Assembly: GCA_951406725.2 (NCBI GenBank)
Contig: OX597819.1
Coordinates: forward strand, 135,470,001 to 135,534,000
Source: Octopus vulgaris
Taxonomy: Eukaryota
Direction: 5' to 3'
Length of the DNA: 64,000 bases
Shown: in pieces, positions 35,901 through 50,518 of the stretch
Position numbering within the stretch: the first letter of the stretch is position 1
Layout: every line of letters starts with the position of its first letter
Notes under the pieces: generated by a model
Database searches by the model: none
The model's input: only the letters and a program-made list of their open reading frames with translations
Told to the model about the DNA's origin: nothing
Made by a program: the position numbers and the translations under genes

Positions 35901-38900
35901 AAAAGCGAGAGAGCGAGAGAAAAAAGGAGAGCAAGAAAAGAAAGAATGAGAAAAAGAAACGAGAGAGAAAAAAAGAGAGAAATCAATGAGTGAGTGACAG
36001 GATAATTAAAAAATGAAAAAAGAGAGGGAGGGAGAAGGAGATGAAAGCGAGAAAAGAAGGAGAGAGCGAGAAAAAGAAACGAGAGAAAAATAGAGAGAAA
36101 TGAAGGAGTGAGAGACACAAAGAATGATAAAAAGAAAACGAGAGGGAGAAAGAAGGAGATAAAAACGAGAGAGCTAGAAGAGAAGGAGAGAGAGAGAAAA
36201 ACAAGCGACAGAAACAAAGAGAGAAACGAATGAGTGAGAGACAGGAAGAATGTTAGAAGGAAAACGAGAGGGAGAAAGAAGGAGATAATAGCGAGAGAGC
36301 GAGAAAAAAGAAAGAGAGAGAAAAAGAAACGCGAGAAACAAAGAGAGAAATGAATGAGTGAGAGAAAGGAAGAATGATAAAATGAAAACGAGAGGGAGGG
36401 AGAAGAAGATAATAGCGAGAGAGCGAGAAAAAAAAACCAAAGAAAAAAAGAGAGAAATGAATGAGTGAGAGACCGGAAGAATGAAAAAATGAAAACGAGA
36501 GGGAGTGAGAAGGAAATAAAAGCGAGAGAGCGAGAATAAATACACATAGGTGAAAAAGAAACGAGAGAAAAATAGAGAGAAATGAATGAGTGAGAGACAG
36601 GAAGAATGATTAAAAGAAAGCGAGAGGGAGGGAGAATGAGATAATAGCGAGAGAGCGAGAAAAAAAGGAGAAAGAGAGAAATGGATGAGTGAGGGAAAGG
36701 AAGAATGACAAAAAGAAAACGAGAGGGAGAATGAAGGAGATAAATGCGAGAGAGCAAGAAAAGGAGAGAGCGAGAAAAAGAAACGAGAGAAACAAAGAGA
36801 GAAATGAATGAGTGAGAGACAGGAAGAATGATAAAAAGAAAAAAAGAGGGAAGGAGAAGGAGATAATAGCGATAGAGCGAGAAAAATGGAGAGAGAGAGA
36901 AAACAAACGAGAGAAACAAAGAGAGAAACGAATGAGTGAGAGACAGGAGGAATGATAAAAAGAAAACGAGTGGGAGGGAGAAGGAGAAAAAAGCGAGAGA
37001 GCAAGAAAAAGGAAAGAATCAGAAAAAGAAACGAGAGAAACAAAGAGAGAAACGAATGAGTGAGAGACAGGAAGAATGATTAAAAGAAAACGAGTGGGAG
37101 GGAGAAGGAGAAAAAAGCGTGAGAGCAAGAAAAAAGGAAAGAATCAGAAAAACAAACGAGAGAAACAAAGAGAGAAATGACTGAGTGAGAGACAGGAAGA
37201 ATGATTATAAGGAAACGAGTGGGAGGGAGAAGGAGAAAAAAAGCGAGAGAACAAGAAAAAATAAAAGAGTGAGAAAAAGAAACGAGAGAGAGAAAGAGAG
37301 AAATGAATGAGTGAGAGACAGGAAGAATGATTAAAAGAAAACGAGTGGGAGGGAGAAGGAGATAAAAGCGAGAGAACGAGAGAAAAGGAGAGAGAGAAAA
37401 AGAAACGAGAGAAAAAAAGAGAGAAATGAATGAGTGAGAGACAGGAAGAATGATAAAAAAAGAAAACGAAAGGGAGAAACAAGGAGATAAAAGCAAGAGA
37501 GCGAAAAAAGAATGAGAGACAGAGAAAAAGAAGCGAGAGAAAAAAAGAGAGAAATGAATGAGTGAGAGACAGGAAGAATGATAAAAAGAAAAAAAGAGGG
37601 ATGGAGAAGGAGATAATAGCGATAGAGCGAGAAAAAAAGGAGAGAGAGAGAAAAACAAACGAGAGAAACAAAGAGAGAAACGAATGAGTGAGAGACAGGA
37701 AGAATGATAGAAAGAAAATGGGAGGGAGGAAGAATGAGATAAAAGCGAGAGAGCGAGAAAAAAGGAGAGCGAGAAAAGAAAGAATGAGAAAAAGAAACGA
37801 GAGAAAAATAGAGAGAAATGAATGAGTGAGAGACAGGAAGAATGAAAAAATGAAAACGAGAGGGAGGGAGAAGGAGATAAAAGCGAGACAACAAGAAAAA
37901 AGGAAAGAGTGAGAAAAAGAAACGAGAGAAACAAAGAGAGAAATGAATGAGTGAGAGACAGGAAGAGACACAAAGAAAACGAGAGGGAGGGAGAAGGAGA
38001 TAAAAGCGAGAGAACGAGAAATGAATGAGTGAGAGACAGGAAGAATGATAAAAAGAAAACGACATGGAGGGAGAAGGAGATAAAAGCGAGACTGCGTGAA
38101 AAGAAAGAGAGTGAGAGAAAAAGTGAGACATAAAAGAGTGAGAGACAGGAAGAATGATAAAAAGAAAACGAGAGGGAGGGAGAATGAGATAAAAGCGAGA
38201 GAACAAGAAAGAAGGAGAGAGAAAGAAAAAAAGAGAGAAATGAATGAGTGAGAGACAGGAAGAGATATAAAGAAAACGAGAGGGAGGGAGGGAGATAAAA
38301 GCGAGAGAACGAGATAGGAAAGAGAGAGAGAGGAAAAGAAACGAGAGACAAAGAGAGAAATGAATGAGTGAGAGACTGGAAGAATGATAAAAAGAAAACA
38401 AGTGGGAGGTAGAAGGAGAGAAAAGCGAGAAAGCAAAAAAGAAGGAGAGTGCGAGAAAAAGAAACGAGAGAAAAATGGAGAGAAATAAATGAATGAGACA
38501 CAGGAAGAATGATAAAAAGAAAACGGGAGGGAAGAAGAAGGAGACAAAAGCGAGAAAGCGAGAATAGGAGAGAGCGAGAGAAAGAAACGAGAGAAAAATA
38601 GAGAGAAATGAATGAGTGAGAGACAGGAAGAATGATAAAAAGAATACGAGAGGGAGGGAGAAGGAGATAAAAGCAAGAAAGCAAGAAAAGAAGGAGAGAG
38701 CGAGAAAAAGAAACGAGAGAAAAATAGAGAGAAATGAAAGAGTGAGAGACAGGAAGAATGATAAAAAGAAAACGAGTGGGAGGGAGTAGGAGATAATAGC
38801 GATAGAGCGAGAAAAAGGAGAGAGAGAGAGAGAGAAACAAACCAGAGAAACAAAGAGGAAAGAAACGAATGAGTGAGAGACAGGAAGAATGATAGAAAGA

Positions 38901-41900
38901 AAACGAGAGGGAGAAAGAATGAGATAAATGCGAGAGAGCGAGAAAAAAGGATAGAGAGAAAAAGAAACGAGAGAAAAAAGAGAGAAATGAATGAGTGAGA
39001 GAAAGGAAGAATGATAAAAAGAAAACGAGAGGGAAGAAGAAGGAGATAAAAGCGAGAGAGCGAGGAAAGAAAGGGAGAGAAAAAGAAACGAGATAAAAAA
39101 GAGAGAAATGAATGAGTGAGAGACAGGAAGAATGATTAAAAGAAAGCGAGAGGGAGGGAGAAGGAGATAAAAGCGAGAGAGCGAGACAAAAAGAAGAGAG
39201 AGAAAAAAAGAAACGAGAGAAAAATAGCAAGAAATGAATGAGTGAGAGACAGGAAGAATGATAAAAAAGAAATCGAGAGGGAGGGTGAAGGAGATAAAAG
39301 CGAGAGAGCGACAAAAAAAGGAGAAAGAGAGAAATGAATGAGTGAGAGAAAGGAGAATGACAAAAAGAAAACGAGAGAGAGAAAGAAGGAGAGAAATTCG
39401 AGTGAGCGAGAAAAGAAGGAGAGAGAGACAAAAAGAAACGAGAGAAACAAAGAGAGAAATGAATGAGTGAGCGACAGGAAGAATGTTAAAATGAAAACGG
39501 TTGGGAGCGAGAAGGATATAAAAGCGAGGGAACGAGAAAAAATGAGAGAGAGAGAGAAAAAGAAAGGAGAGAAACAAAGAGAGAAATGAATGAGTGAGAA
39601 TCAGGAAAAATGATCGAAGAAAATGAGAGGGAGGGAGAAGGCGATAAAAAAGAGAGAACGAGAATAGAAAGAGAGAGAGAGAGAGAGAAAGAAACGAGAG
39701 AAAAAAAAAGTAGAAATGAATGAGTGAGATACAGGAAGAATGATAAAAAGAAAACGAGTGGGTGGGAGAAGTAGATAAAAGCGAGAGAACGAGAAAAAAA
39801 GGAGAGAGAGAAAAAGAAACGAGAGAAAAAAAGAGAGAAATGGATGAGTGAGAGACAGGAAGGATGTTAAAAAAAAGGAGAGGAAGGAAAAAGGAGATAA
39901 AAGCGAGAGAGCGAGAAAAAGGAGGGCGAGAGAAAAAGAAACGAGAGAAAAATAGAGAGAAATGAATGAGTGAGAGACAGGAAGAATGATAAAAAGAAAA
40001 ATAGGGGGAAGGAGACGGAGATAACATCGATAGAGCGAGAAAAAAAGGAGAGAGAGAGAAAAACAAACGAGAGAAACAAAGAGAGAATCGAATGAGTGAG
40101 AGACAGGAAGAATGATAGAAAGAAAATGAGAGTGAGAAAGAATGAGATAAAAGCGAGAGAGCGAGAAAAAAGGAGAGAGAGATATAGAAACGAGAGAAAA
40201 AAGGGAGAAATGAATGGTTGAGAGACAGGAAGAATGATAAAAAGAAAACGAGAGGGAGGGAGAAGGAGATTAAAGCAAGACTGCGAGAAGAGAAAGAGAG
40301 TGAGAGAAAAAGAGAGACATAAATGAGTGAGAGACAGGAAGAATGATTAAAAGAAAACGAGAGGGAATGAGAAGGAGATAAAAGGAAGAAAGCCAGAAAA
40401 GGAGGAGAGTGCGAGAAAAAGAAACGAGAGAAACAAAGAGAGAATCGAATGAGTGAGAGAAAGGAAGAATGATAGAAAGAAAATGAGAGTGAGAAAGAAT
40501 GAGATAAAAGCGAGAGAGCGAGAAAAAAAGGAGAGAGAGATATAGAAACGAGAGAAAAATAGAGAGAAATGAATGAGTGAGAGATAGGAAGAATGATTAA
40601 AAGAAAACGAGAGGGAGGGAGAAGGAGATAAAAGCGAGAGAGCGAGAAAAAAAGAAGAGTGCGAGAAAAAGAAACGAGAGAAAAATAGAGAGAAATGAAT
40701 GAGTGAGAGACAGGAAGAATGATAAAAAGAAAACGAGAGGGAGGGAGAAGGAGATAAAAGCAAGAAAGCCAGAAAAGAAGGAGAGTGCGAGAAAAAAAAC
40801 GAGAGAAAAATAGAGAGAAATGAATGAGTGAGAGAGAGGAAGAATGATAAAAAGAAAACGAGTGGGAGGGAGAATGAGAAAAAAGCCAGAGTGCGAGAAA
40901 AAGAAGGAGAGAGTTAGAAAAAGAAACGAGAGAAAAATATAGAGAAATGAATGAGTGAGAGACAGGAAGAATGATTAAAAGAAAACGAGATGGAGGGAGA
41001 AGGAGATAAAAGTAAGAATGCCAGAAAAGAAGGAGAAAGCGAGAAAAAGAAACGAGAGAAAAATAGAGAGAAATGAATGAGTGAGAGACAGGAAGAATGA
41101 TATAAAGAAAACGAGAGGGAAGAAGAAGGAGATAAAAGCGAGAGAGCAAGGAAAGAATGATAGAGAAAAAGAAACGAGAGAAAAAAAGAGAGAAATGAAT
41201 GAGTGAGAGACAGGATGAATGATTAAAAGAAAACGAGAGGGAGGGTGAAGGAGATAAAAGCGAGAGAGCGAGAAAAAGGCGAAATAGAGAAATGAATGAG
41301 TGATAGAAAGGCAGAGTGATAAAAGAAAACGAGAGTGAGAAAGAAGGAGATAAAAGCGAGAGAGTGTGAAAAGAAGGAGAGAGAGAGAAAAAGAAGCGAG
41401 ATAAACAAAGAGAGAAATGAATGAGTGACAGACAGGAAGAATGATTAAAAGAAAACGAGAGGGAGGGTGAAGGAGATAAAAGCGAGAAAGCGAGAAAAAA
41501 AAGGAGAAATAGAGAAATGAATGAGCGAGAGAAAGGAAGAGTGATAAAAAGAAAACGAGAGTGAGAAAGAAGAAGATAAATGCGAGAGAGCGAGAAAGAA
41601 GGAGAGAGAGAGAAAAAGAAACGAGAGAAACAAAGAGAGAAATGAATGCGTGAGAGACAAGAAAAATGATAAAAAGAAAAAAGAGGGAAGGAGATGGAGA
41701 TAATAGCGATAGAGCGAGAAAAAAAGGCGAGAGAGAGAAAAACCAATCAGAGAAATAAAGAAAGAAACGAATGAGTGAGAGACAGGAAGTATGATAGAAA
41801 AAAACGAGATGGAGAAAGAATGAGATAAAAGCGAAAGAGCGAGAAAAAAAAGGAGAGAGAGAAAAAGAAACGAGAGAAACAAAAAGAGAAATGAATGAGT

Positions 41901-44900
41901 GAGAGACAGGAAGAATGTTAAAATGAAAACGGTCGGGAGGGAGAAGAGATAAAAGCGAGGGAACGAGAGAAAAATGAGAGAGAAGAGAGAAAAAGAAACG
42001 AGAGAAACAAAGAGAGTAATGAATGAGTGAGAATCAGGAAGAATGATAGAAGAATATGACAGGGAGGAAGAAGCAGATAAAAGCGTGAGAACGAGAAAAG
42101 AAAAAAAGAGAGAGAGAAAGAAACGAGAGAAAAAAGTAGATATGAATGAGTGAGATACAGGAAGAATGATGAAAAGAAAACGAGACGGAGGGAGAAGGAG
42201 ATAAAAGCGAGAGAAGGAGAAAAGGAGGAGAGAGAGAAAAAGAAACGTGAGAAAAATGAGAGAAATGAATGAGTGAGGATAGGAAGAATGATGAATATAA
42301 AACGAGAGGGAGGGATAAGGAGATAAAAGAGAGACTCCGAGAGAGAAAGAGAGTGAAAGAAAAAAAGTGAGACATAAATGAGTGAGAGACAGGAAGAATG
42401 ACAAAAAGAAAACGAGAGGGAGGGAGAAGGAGATAAAAGCGAGAGAACAAGAAAATAAGGAGAGAGAAAGAAAAAAGAGAGAAATGAATGAGTGAGAGAC
42501 AGGGAGAGATATAAAGAAAACGAGAGGGAGGGAGAAGGATGTAAAAGCGAGAGAACGAGAAATGAAAGAGAGAGAGAAAAAGAAACGAGAGAAACAGAGA
42601 GAGAAATGAATGAGTGAGAGACAGGAAGAATGATAAAAAGGAAACGAGAGGGAGGCAGATGGAGATAAAAGCGACAGAACGAGAAAAAAGGAGAGAGAGA
42701 GAAAAAGAAACGAGGGAAACAAAGAGAGAAATGAATGAGTGAGAGACAGGAAGAATGATAAAAAGAAAACGACAGGGAGGGAGAAGGAGATAAAAGCGAG
42801 AAAGCGAGAAAAGAAGGAGAGTGCGAGAAAAAGAAACTAGAGAAAAATAGAGAGAAATGTATGAGTGAGAAACAGGAAGAATGATAAAAAAGAAAACGAG
42901 AGGGAAGAAGAAGGAGATAAAAGCGAGAAAGCGAGAATAGAAGGAGAGCGCGAGAAAAAGAAACGAGAGGGAAATAGAGAGAAATGAATGAGTGAGAGAC
43001 AGGAAGAATGATAAAAAGAAAACGAGAGGTAGGAAGAAGGAGATAAAAGCGAGAAAGCGAGAAAAGAAGGAGAGTGCGCGAAAAAGAAACGAGAGGAAAA
43101 TAGAGAGAAATGAATGAGAGACAGGAAGAATGATAAAAAGAAAACGAGTGGGAAGAAAAAGGAGATAAATGCAAGAGAGCGAGGAAAGAAAGAACGAGAA
43201 AAAGAAACCAGAGAAAAAAAGAGAGAAATGAATGAGTGAGAGACAGGAAGAACGATTAAAAGAAAGCGAGATGGAGGGAGAAGGAGATAAAAGCGAGAGA
43301 GCGAGAAAAATAGGAGAAAGAGAGAAAAAGAAACGAGAGAAAAATTGAGAGAAATGAATGAGTGAGAGACAGGAAGAATGATTAAAAGAAAGCGAGTGGG
43401 AGGGAGAAGGAAATAAAAGCGAGAGAGCGAGAAAAAAAGGAGAGAGAGAGAAAAAGTAAGAGAGAAAAAAGAGAGAAATGAATGATTGAGAGACAGGAAG
43501 AATGTTAAAAAAGGAAAGGAGAGGGAGGAAGAAGGAGATAAAAGCGAGAAAGCGAGAATAAAAGGAGAGAGAGTAAAAAAGAAACTAGAGAAAAATAGAG
43601 AGAAATGAATGAATGAGAGACAGGAAGAATGATTAAAAGAAAGCGAGAGGGAGGGAGAAGGAGATAAAAGCGAGAGAACAAGACAAAAGGAAAGTGTGAG
43701 AAAAAGAAACGGGAGGAAAAAAGAGAGAAATGAATGAGTGAGAGACAGGAAGTATGATTAAAATAAAGCGAGAGGGAGGGAGAAGGAGATAATAGCGATA
43801 GAGCGGGAAAAAAAGGAGAGAACGAGAAAAAGAAACGAGAGAAATATCGAGAGAAATGAATGAGTGAGAGACAGGAAGAATGATAAAAAGAAAACGAGTG
43901 GGAGGGAGAAGGAGAAAATAGCGAGAGAGCGAGAAAATGGAGAGCGAGAAAAAGAAACCAGAGAAAAATAGAGCGAAATGAATGAGTGAGAGACAGGAAG
44001 AATGATAAAAAGAAAACGAGAGGGAGTCAGATGGTGATAAAAGCGACAGAACGAGAAAAAAAGGAGAGAGAGAAAAAGAACCGAGAGAAAAATAGAGAGA
44101 AATGAATGAGTGAGAGACAGGAAGAATGATAAAAAGAAAACGAGTGGGAGGGAGAAGGAGAAAAAAGCGAGAGAGCGAGAAAAAGAAGGAGTGAGCGAGA
44201 AAAAAAATAGAGCGAGAGAAAAAAACAAGAGAAATAGAGAGAAATGAATGAGTGAGAGACAGGAAGAATGATTAAAAGAAAACGAGAGGGAGGGAGGAGG
44301 AGATAAAAGCGAGAGTGCGAGAAAAAGAAGAGTGCGAGAAAAAGAAACGAGAGAAAAATAGAGAGAAATGAATGAGTGAGAGACAGGAAGAATGATAAAA
44401 AAGAAAACGAGAGGGAGGGAGAAAGAGATAAAAGCAAGAAAGTAACAAAAGAAGGAGTGTGCGAGAAAAAGAAACGAGAGAAAAATAGAGAGAAATGAAT
44501 GAGTGTGAGACCGGAAGAAATATAAAAAGAAAACGAGTGGGAGGGAGAAGGTGAAAAAAGCCAGAGAGCGAGAAAAAGGAGGAGAGAGCGAGAAAAAGAA
44601 ACGAGAGAAAAATAGAGAGAAATGAATGAGTGTGAGACCGGAAGAATGATAAAAAGAAAACGAGTGGGAGGGAGAAGGTGAAAAAAGCCAGAGAGCGAGA
44701 AAAAGAAACGAGAGAAAAATAGAGTGAAATTAATGTGTGAGAGACAGGAAGAATGATTAAAGGAAAACGAGAGGGAGGCAGAAGGAGATAAAAGCGAGAC
44801 AGCGAGAAAAGATGGAGAGAGCGAGAAAAAGAAACGAGAGAAAAAGAGAGAAATGAATGAGTGAGAGACAGGAAGAATGTTAAAATGAAAACGGTTGGGA

Positions 44901-47900
44901 GGAGAAGGAGATCAAAGCGAGAAAACGAGAAAAAAGGAGAGAGAGAGAGAAAAAGTAACGAGAGAAACAAAGAGAGAAATGAATGAGTGAGAATCAGGAG
45001 AATGATAGAAGAAAATGAGAGGGAGGGAGAAGGAGATAAAAGCGAGAAAACGAGAAAAGAATGAGATAGTGAGAGAAAGAAACGAGAGAAAAAATTAGAA
45101 ATGAATGAGTGAGATATAGGAAGAATGACAAAAAGAAAACGAGTGGGTGGGAGAAGGAGATAAAAGCGAGAGAACGAGAAAAAAAGGAGAGAGAGAAAAA
45201 GAAACAAGAGAAAAAAAGAGAGAAATGAATGAGTGAGAGACAGGAAGAATGTTAAAAAGAAAAAACAGGGAGGAAGAAGGAGATAAAAGCGAGAGAGCGA
45301 AAAAAACAGAGAGCGAGAAAAAAACAAACGAGAGAAAAATAGAGAGAAACGAATGAGTGAGAGACGGGAAGAATGATAGAAAGAAAACGAGAGGGAGAGA
45401 AAATGAGATAAAAGCGAGAGAGCGAGAAAAAAGGAGAGAGAGAAATAGAAACGAGAGAAAAAGAAGAGAAATGAATGAGTGAGAGACAGGAAGAATGATA
45501 AAAAGAAAACGAAAGGGAGGTAGAAGAAGATAAATGCGAGACTGCGAGAAAAGAAAGAGAGTGAGAGAAAAAAGAGAGACATAAATGAGTGAGAGACAGG
45601 AAGAATGATAAAAAGAAAACGAGAGGGAGGGAGAAGGAGATAAAAGCAAGAAAGTAACAAAAGAAGGAGAGTGCGAGATAAAGAAACGACAGAAGAATAG
45701 AGAGAAACGAATGAGTGAGAGACAGGAAGAATGATTAAAAGAAAGCGAGAGGGAGGGAGATGGAGATAAAAGCGAGAGAGTGAGAAAAAAGGAAAGAGAG
45801 AGAAAAAGAAACGAGAGAAAAAAAGAGAGAAATGAATGAGAGAGAGACAGGAAAAATGATTAAAAGAAAGCGAGAGGGAGGGAGATGGAGATAAAAGCGA
45901 GAGAACGAGAAAAAGGAGAGAGAGAGATAGAAACGATAAAAAATAGAGAGAAATGAATGAGTGAGTGACAGGAAGAATGATTAAAAGAAAACGAGAGAGA
46001 GGGAGAATGAGATAAAAAGAGAGAGGGAGAAAAATAGGAGAGAGAGAGAAAAAGAAATGAGAAAAAAATAGAGAGAAATGAATAAGAGAGAGACCTGAAG
46101 AATGATTAAAAGAAAGCGAGAGGGAGGGAGAAGGAGGTAATAGCGATAGATCGAGTAAAAAATGGAGAGAGAGAGAAAAAGAAACGAGAGAAACAAAGAG
46201 AGAAATTAATGAGTGAGAGACAGCAAGGATGATAAAAAGAAAGAATGAAGGATGGAGAAGGAGATAATAGCGATAGAGCGAGAAAAAAAGGAGAGAGAGA
46301 AAAACAAACATGAGAAACAAAGAGAGAAACGAATGAGTGAGAGACAGGAAGAATGATAGAAAGAAAATGAGGCGGATAAAGAATGAGATAAAAGTGAGAG
46401 AGCGAGATAAAAATGAGAGAGAGAAAAAGAAACGAGAGAAAGAAAGAGAGAAATGAATGAGTGAATGACAGAAAGAATGATAAAAAGAAAACGAGTGGAA
46501 GGGAGAAGGAGAAAAATGCCAGAGAACAAGAAAAAGGAAAGAGTGAGTAAAAGAAAGGAGAGAAACAAAGAGAGAAACGACTGAGTGAGAGACAGGAACA
46601 ATGATAAAAAGAAAACGAGTGGGAGGGAGAAGGAGAAAAAAGCGAGAGAACAAGAAAAAGGAAAGAGTGAGAAAAAGAAACGAGAGAATGAAAGAGAGAA
46701 ATGAATGAGTGAGAGAAAGGAAGAATGATAAAAAGAGAACGAGAGGGAGGGAGAAGGAGATAAAAGCGAGAGAGCGAGAAATGCTCGAGAGAGCGCGTAA
46801 TAGAAACGAGAGAAAAAAAGAGAGAAATGAATGAGTGAGACACTTGAAGAATGTTAAAATGAAAACGGTTAGGAGGGAGAAGCAGATAAAAGCGAGGGAA
46901 AGAGAAAAAAAGGAGAGAGAGAGAAAAAAAAAACGAGAGAAACGATTGAGAATCAGAAAGAATGATAGAAGAAAATGAGGGGGAGGGAGAAGGAGATAAA
47001 AGCAGAGAGAACGAGAAAAGAAAGAGAGAGAGAGAAAAAGAAACGAGTGAAATAAGTAGAAATGAATGAGTGAGAGACAGGAAGAATAATAAAAAGAAAA
47101 CAAGTGGGTGGGAGAAGGAGATAAAAGCGAGGGAATGAGAAAAAAAGGAGAGAGAGTAAAAGAAACGAGAGACAAAAAGAGAGAAATGAATGAATGAGAG
47201 ACAGGAAGAATGTTAAAAAGAAAAGGAGAAGGAGGAAGAAGGAGATAAAACCGAGAGAGCGAGAAAAAGGAGAGCGAGAGAAAAAGAAACGAGAGAAAAA
47301 AAGAGAGAAATGAATGAGTGAGAGACATGAAGAATGATTAAAAGAAAACGAGAGGGAGGGTGAAGGAGATAAAAGCGAGGGAGCGAGAAAAAAACGAGAA
47401 AGAGAGAAATGAATGAGTGAGGGAAAGGAAGAATTATAAAAAGAAAACGAGAGGGAGAAAGAAGGAGATAAAAGCGAGAGAGCGATAAAAGAAGGAGAGA
47501 GAGAGAAAATTAACGAGAGAAAAAGAAACGAGAGAAAAAAGGGAGAAATGAATGAGTGTGAGACAGGAAGAATGATAAAAAGAAAACGAGAGGGAGGGAG
47601 GTTGAGATAAAAGCGAGAGAACGAGAAATGAAAGAGAGAAAGACAAAGAAACGAGGGAAACAAAGAGAGAAATGAATGAGTGAGAGACTGGAAGGATGAT
47701 AAAAAGAAAAGGGGATGGAGGGAGAAGGAGATTAGAGCGAAAAAGCGAGAAACGAAGGAGAGAGAGAGAAAAGAAACGAGAGAAAAATAGAGAGAAAAGA
47801 ATGAGTGAGAGACAAGAAGAATGATAAAAGAAAACGAGAGGATGTAGAAGGAGAAAAAAAGCGAAAGAGCGAGAAATAAACGGAGAGAGGAAAAGAAACG

Positions 47901-50487
47901 AGAGAAACTAAGAGAGAAATGAATGAGTGAGAGACAGGAAGAATGTTAAAATGAAAACGGTTGGGAGGGAGAAGCAGATAATAGCGAGGAACGAGAAAAA
48001 ATGGAGAGAGAGAGAGAGAGAAAAAGTAACAGAGAGAAACAAAGAGAGAAAAGAATGAGTGAGAATCAGGAAGAATGATAGAAGAAAATGAGAGGGAGGG
48101 AGAAGAAGATAAAAGCGAGAGACGGAGAAAAGAAAGAGCGAGAAAGAAAAAGAAACGAGAGAAAAAAGTAGAAATGAATGAGTGAGAGACAGGAAGAAAG
48201 ATAAAAAGAAAACGAGTGGGCGGGACAAGGAGATAAAAGCGAGAGAAAGAGAAAAAAAGGGAGAGAGAAAAAAAAACGAGAGAAAAAAGGGAGAAATGAA
48301 TGTGAGAGACAGGAAGAATGATTAAAAGAAAACGAGAGGGAGGGAGAAGGAGATGAAAGCAAGAAAGCCAGAAAAGAAGGAGACAGCGAGGAAAAGAAAC
48401 GAGAGAAAAAATAGAGAGAAATGAATGAGTGAGAGACAGGAAGAATGATAAAAAGAAATCGAGTGGGTGGGAGAAGGAGAAAAAAGCGAGAGAGCGAGAT
48501 AAAGAAGGAGAGAGCGATAAAGAGAAACGAGAGAAAAGGAGAGAGAAATGAATGAGTGAGAGACAGGAAGAATGATAAAAAGAAAACGAGTGGGAGGGAG
48601 AAGGAGTTATAAGCAAGAAAGCCAGAAAGAAGGAGAGAGGGAGAAAAAGAAACGAGAGAAAAATAGAGAGAAATGAATCAGTGAGAGACAGGCAGAATGA
48701 TAAAAAGAAAATGAGAGGGAAGAAGAAGGAGATAAAAGCGAGAGAGCGAGGAAAGAAAGAGAGAGAAAAAGAAACGAGAGAAAAAAAGAGAGAAATAAAT
48801 GAGTGAGAGACAGGAAGAATGATTAAAAGAAAACGAGAGGGAGGTGAAGTATATATATGTGAGAGAGAGATAAAAAAAGGAGAAATAGACAAATGAATGA
48901 GTAAAAAGAAAACGAGGAGAGAATAGACAAATGAATGAGTGAGAGAAAGGAAGAATGACAAAGAGAAAACGAGAGAAAGGGAGAAAGAAGGAGATAAATC
49001 GAGAGAACAAGACAAAAAGGAAAGAGTGAGCAAGGAAAGAAGGAAGGAGAGAGAGAGACAGGAAGTAGAAACGAGAGACACAAAGAGAAAAATGAATGAG
49101 TGAGAGACAGGAAGAATGATAGAAAGAGAACGAGAGGGTGAGAGAAGGAGATAAAGCGAGAGAACAAGACAAAAGGAAAGAGTGAGAAAAAGAAACGAGA
49201 GAAACAAAGAGAGAAATGAATGAGTGAGAGACAGGAAGAATGATAAAAAGAAAACGAGTGGGACGGAGAAGGGGAAAAAAAGCGAGAGAACAAGAAAAAA
49301 AGGAAAGAGTTAGAAAAAGAAACGAGAGAAAGAAAGGGAGAAATGAATGAGTGAGAGACAGGAAGGATGATTAAAAGAAAACGAGAGGGAGGGAGAAGGA
49401 GATAAAAGCGAGAGAGCGAGAAATGAAGGAGAGAGCGAGAAAAAGAAACGAGAGAAACAAAGAGAGAAATGAACGAGTGAGAGACAGGAAGAATGATTAA
49501 AAGAAAACGAGAGGGAGGGAGAAGGAGATAAAAGCGAGAGAGCGAGAACAGAAGGAGAGTGCGAGAAAAAGATACGAGAGAAAAATAGAGAGAAATGAAT
49601 GAGTGAGAGATAGGAAGAATGATAAAAAGAGAACGAGTGGGAGGGAGAAGGAGATAAAAGCAAGAAAGCCAGAAAAAGAGAGAGGGAGAAAAAGAAACGA
49701 GAGAAAAATAGAGAGAAATGAATGAGTGAGAGACAGGAAGAATGATAAAAAGAAAACGAGAGGGAAGAAGGAGATAAAAGGGAGAGAGCGAGGAAAGAAA
49801 GATAGAGAAAGAGAATAGAGAGAAAAAAGCAGAGAAATAAATGAGTGAGAGACAGGAAGATTGATTAAAAGAAAGCGAGAGGGAGGGAAGAAGGAGATAA
49901 AAGCGAGAGAGCGAGAAAAAAAGGAGAGAGAGAGAAAAAGCAACGAGAGTAAAATAGAGAGAAATGAATGAGTGAGAGACAGGAAGAATGATAAAAAAAA
50001 AGAAGAGGGAGGAAGAAGGAGATAAAAGCGAGAGAGCGAGAAAAAAAGGAGAGAGAGAGAAAAATCAACGAGAGAAAAATAGAGAGAAATGAATGAGTTA
50101 GAGACAGGAAGAATGATAAAAAGAAAACGAGAGGGAGGGTGAAGGAGATAAAAGCGAGAGAACCCGAAAAAAAGGAGAAAGAGAGAAATGAATGAGTGAG
50201 AGAAAGGAAGAATGATAAAAAGAAAACAGAGGGAAGGAGAAGGATATAATAGCGATAGAGCGAGAAAAAAAGGAGAAAGAGAGAAATGAATGAGTGAGAG
50301 AAAAGAAGAATGACAAAAAGAAAAGGAGAGGGAGAAAGAAAGAGATAAATGCTAGTGAGCGAGGAAAGAAGGAGAGAGAAAAAAGAAGGGAGAGAAACAA
50401 AGAGAGAAATGAATGAGAGAGAGACAGGAAGAATGATAAAAAGAAAACAGAGGGAAGGAGAAGGATATAATAGCGATAGAGCGAGAG

Positions 50488-50518
<31 letters not shown>

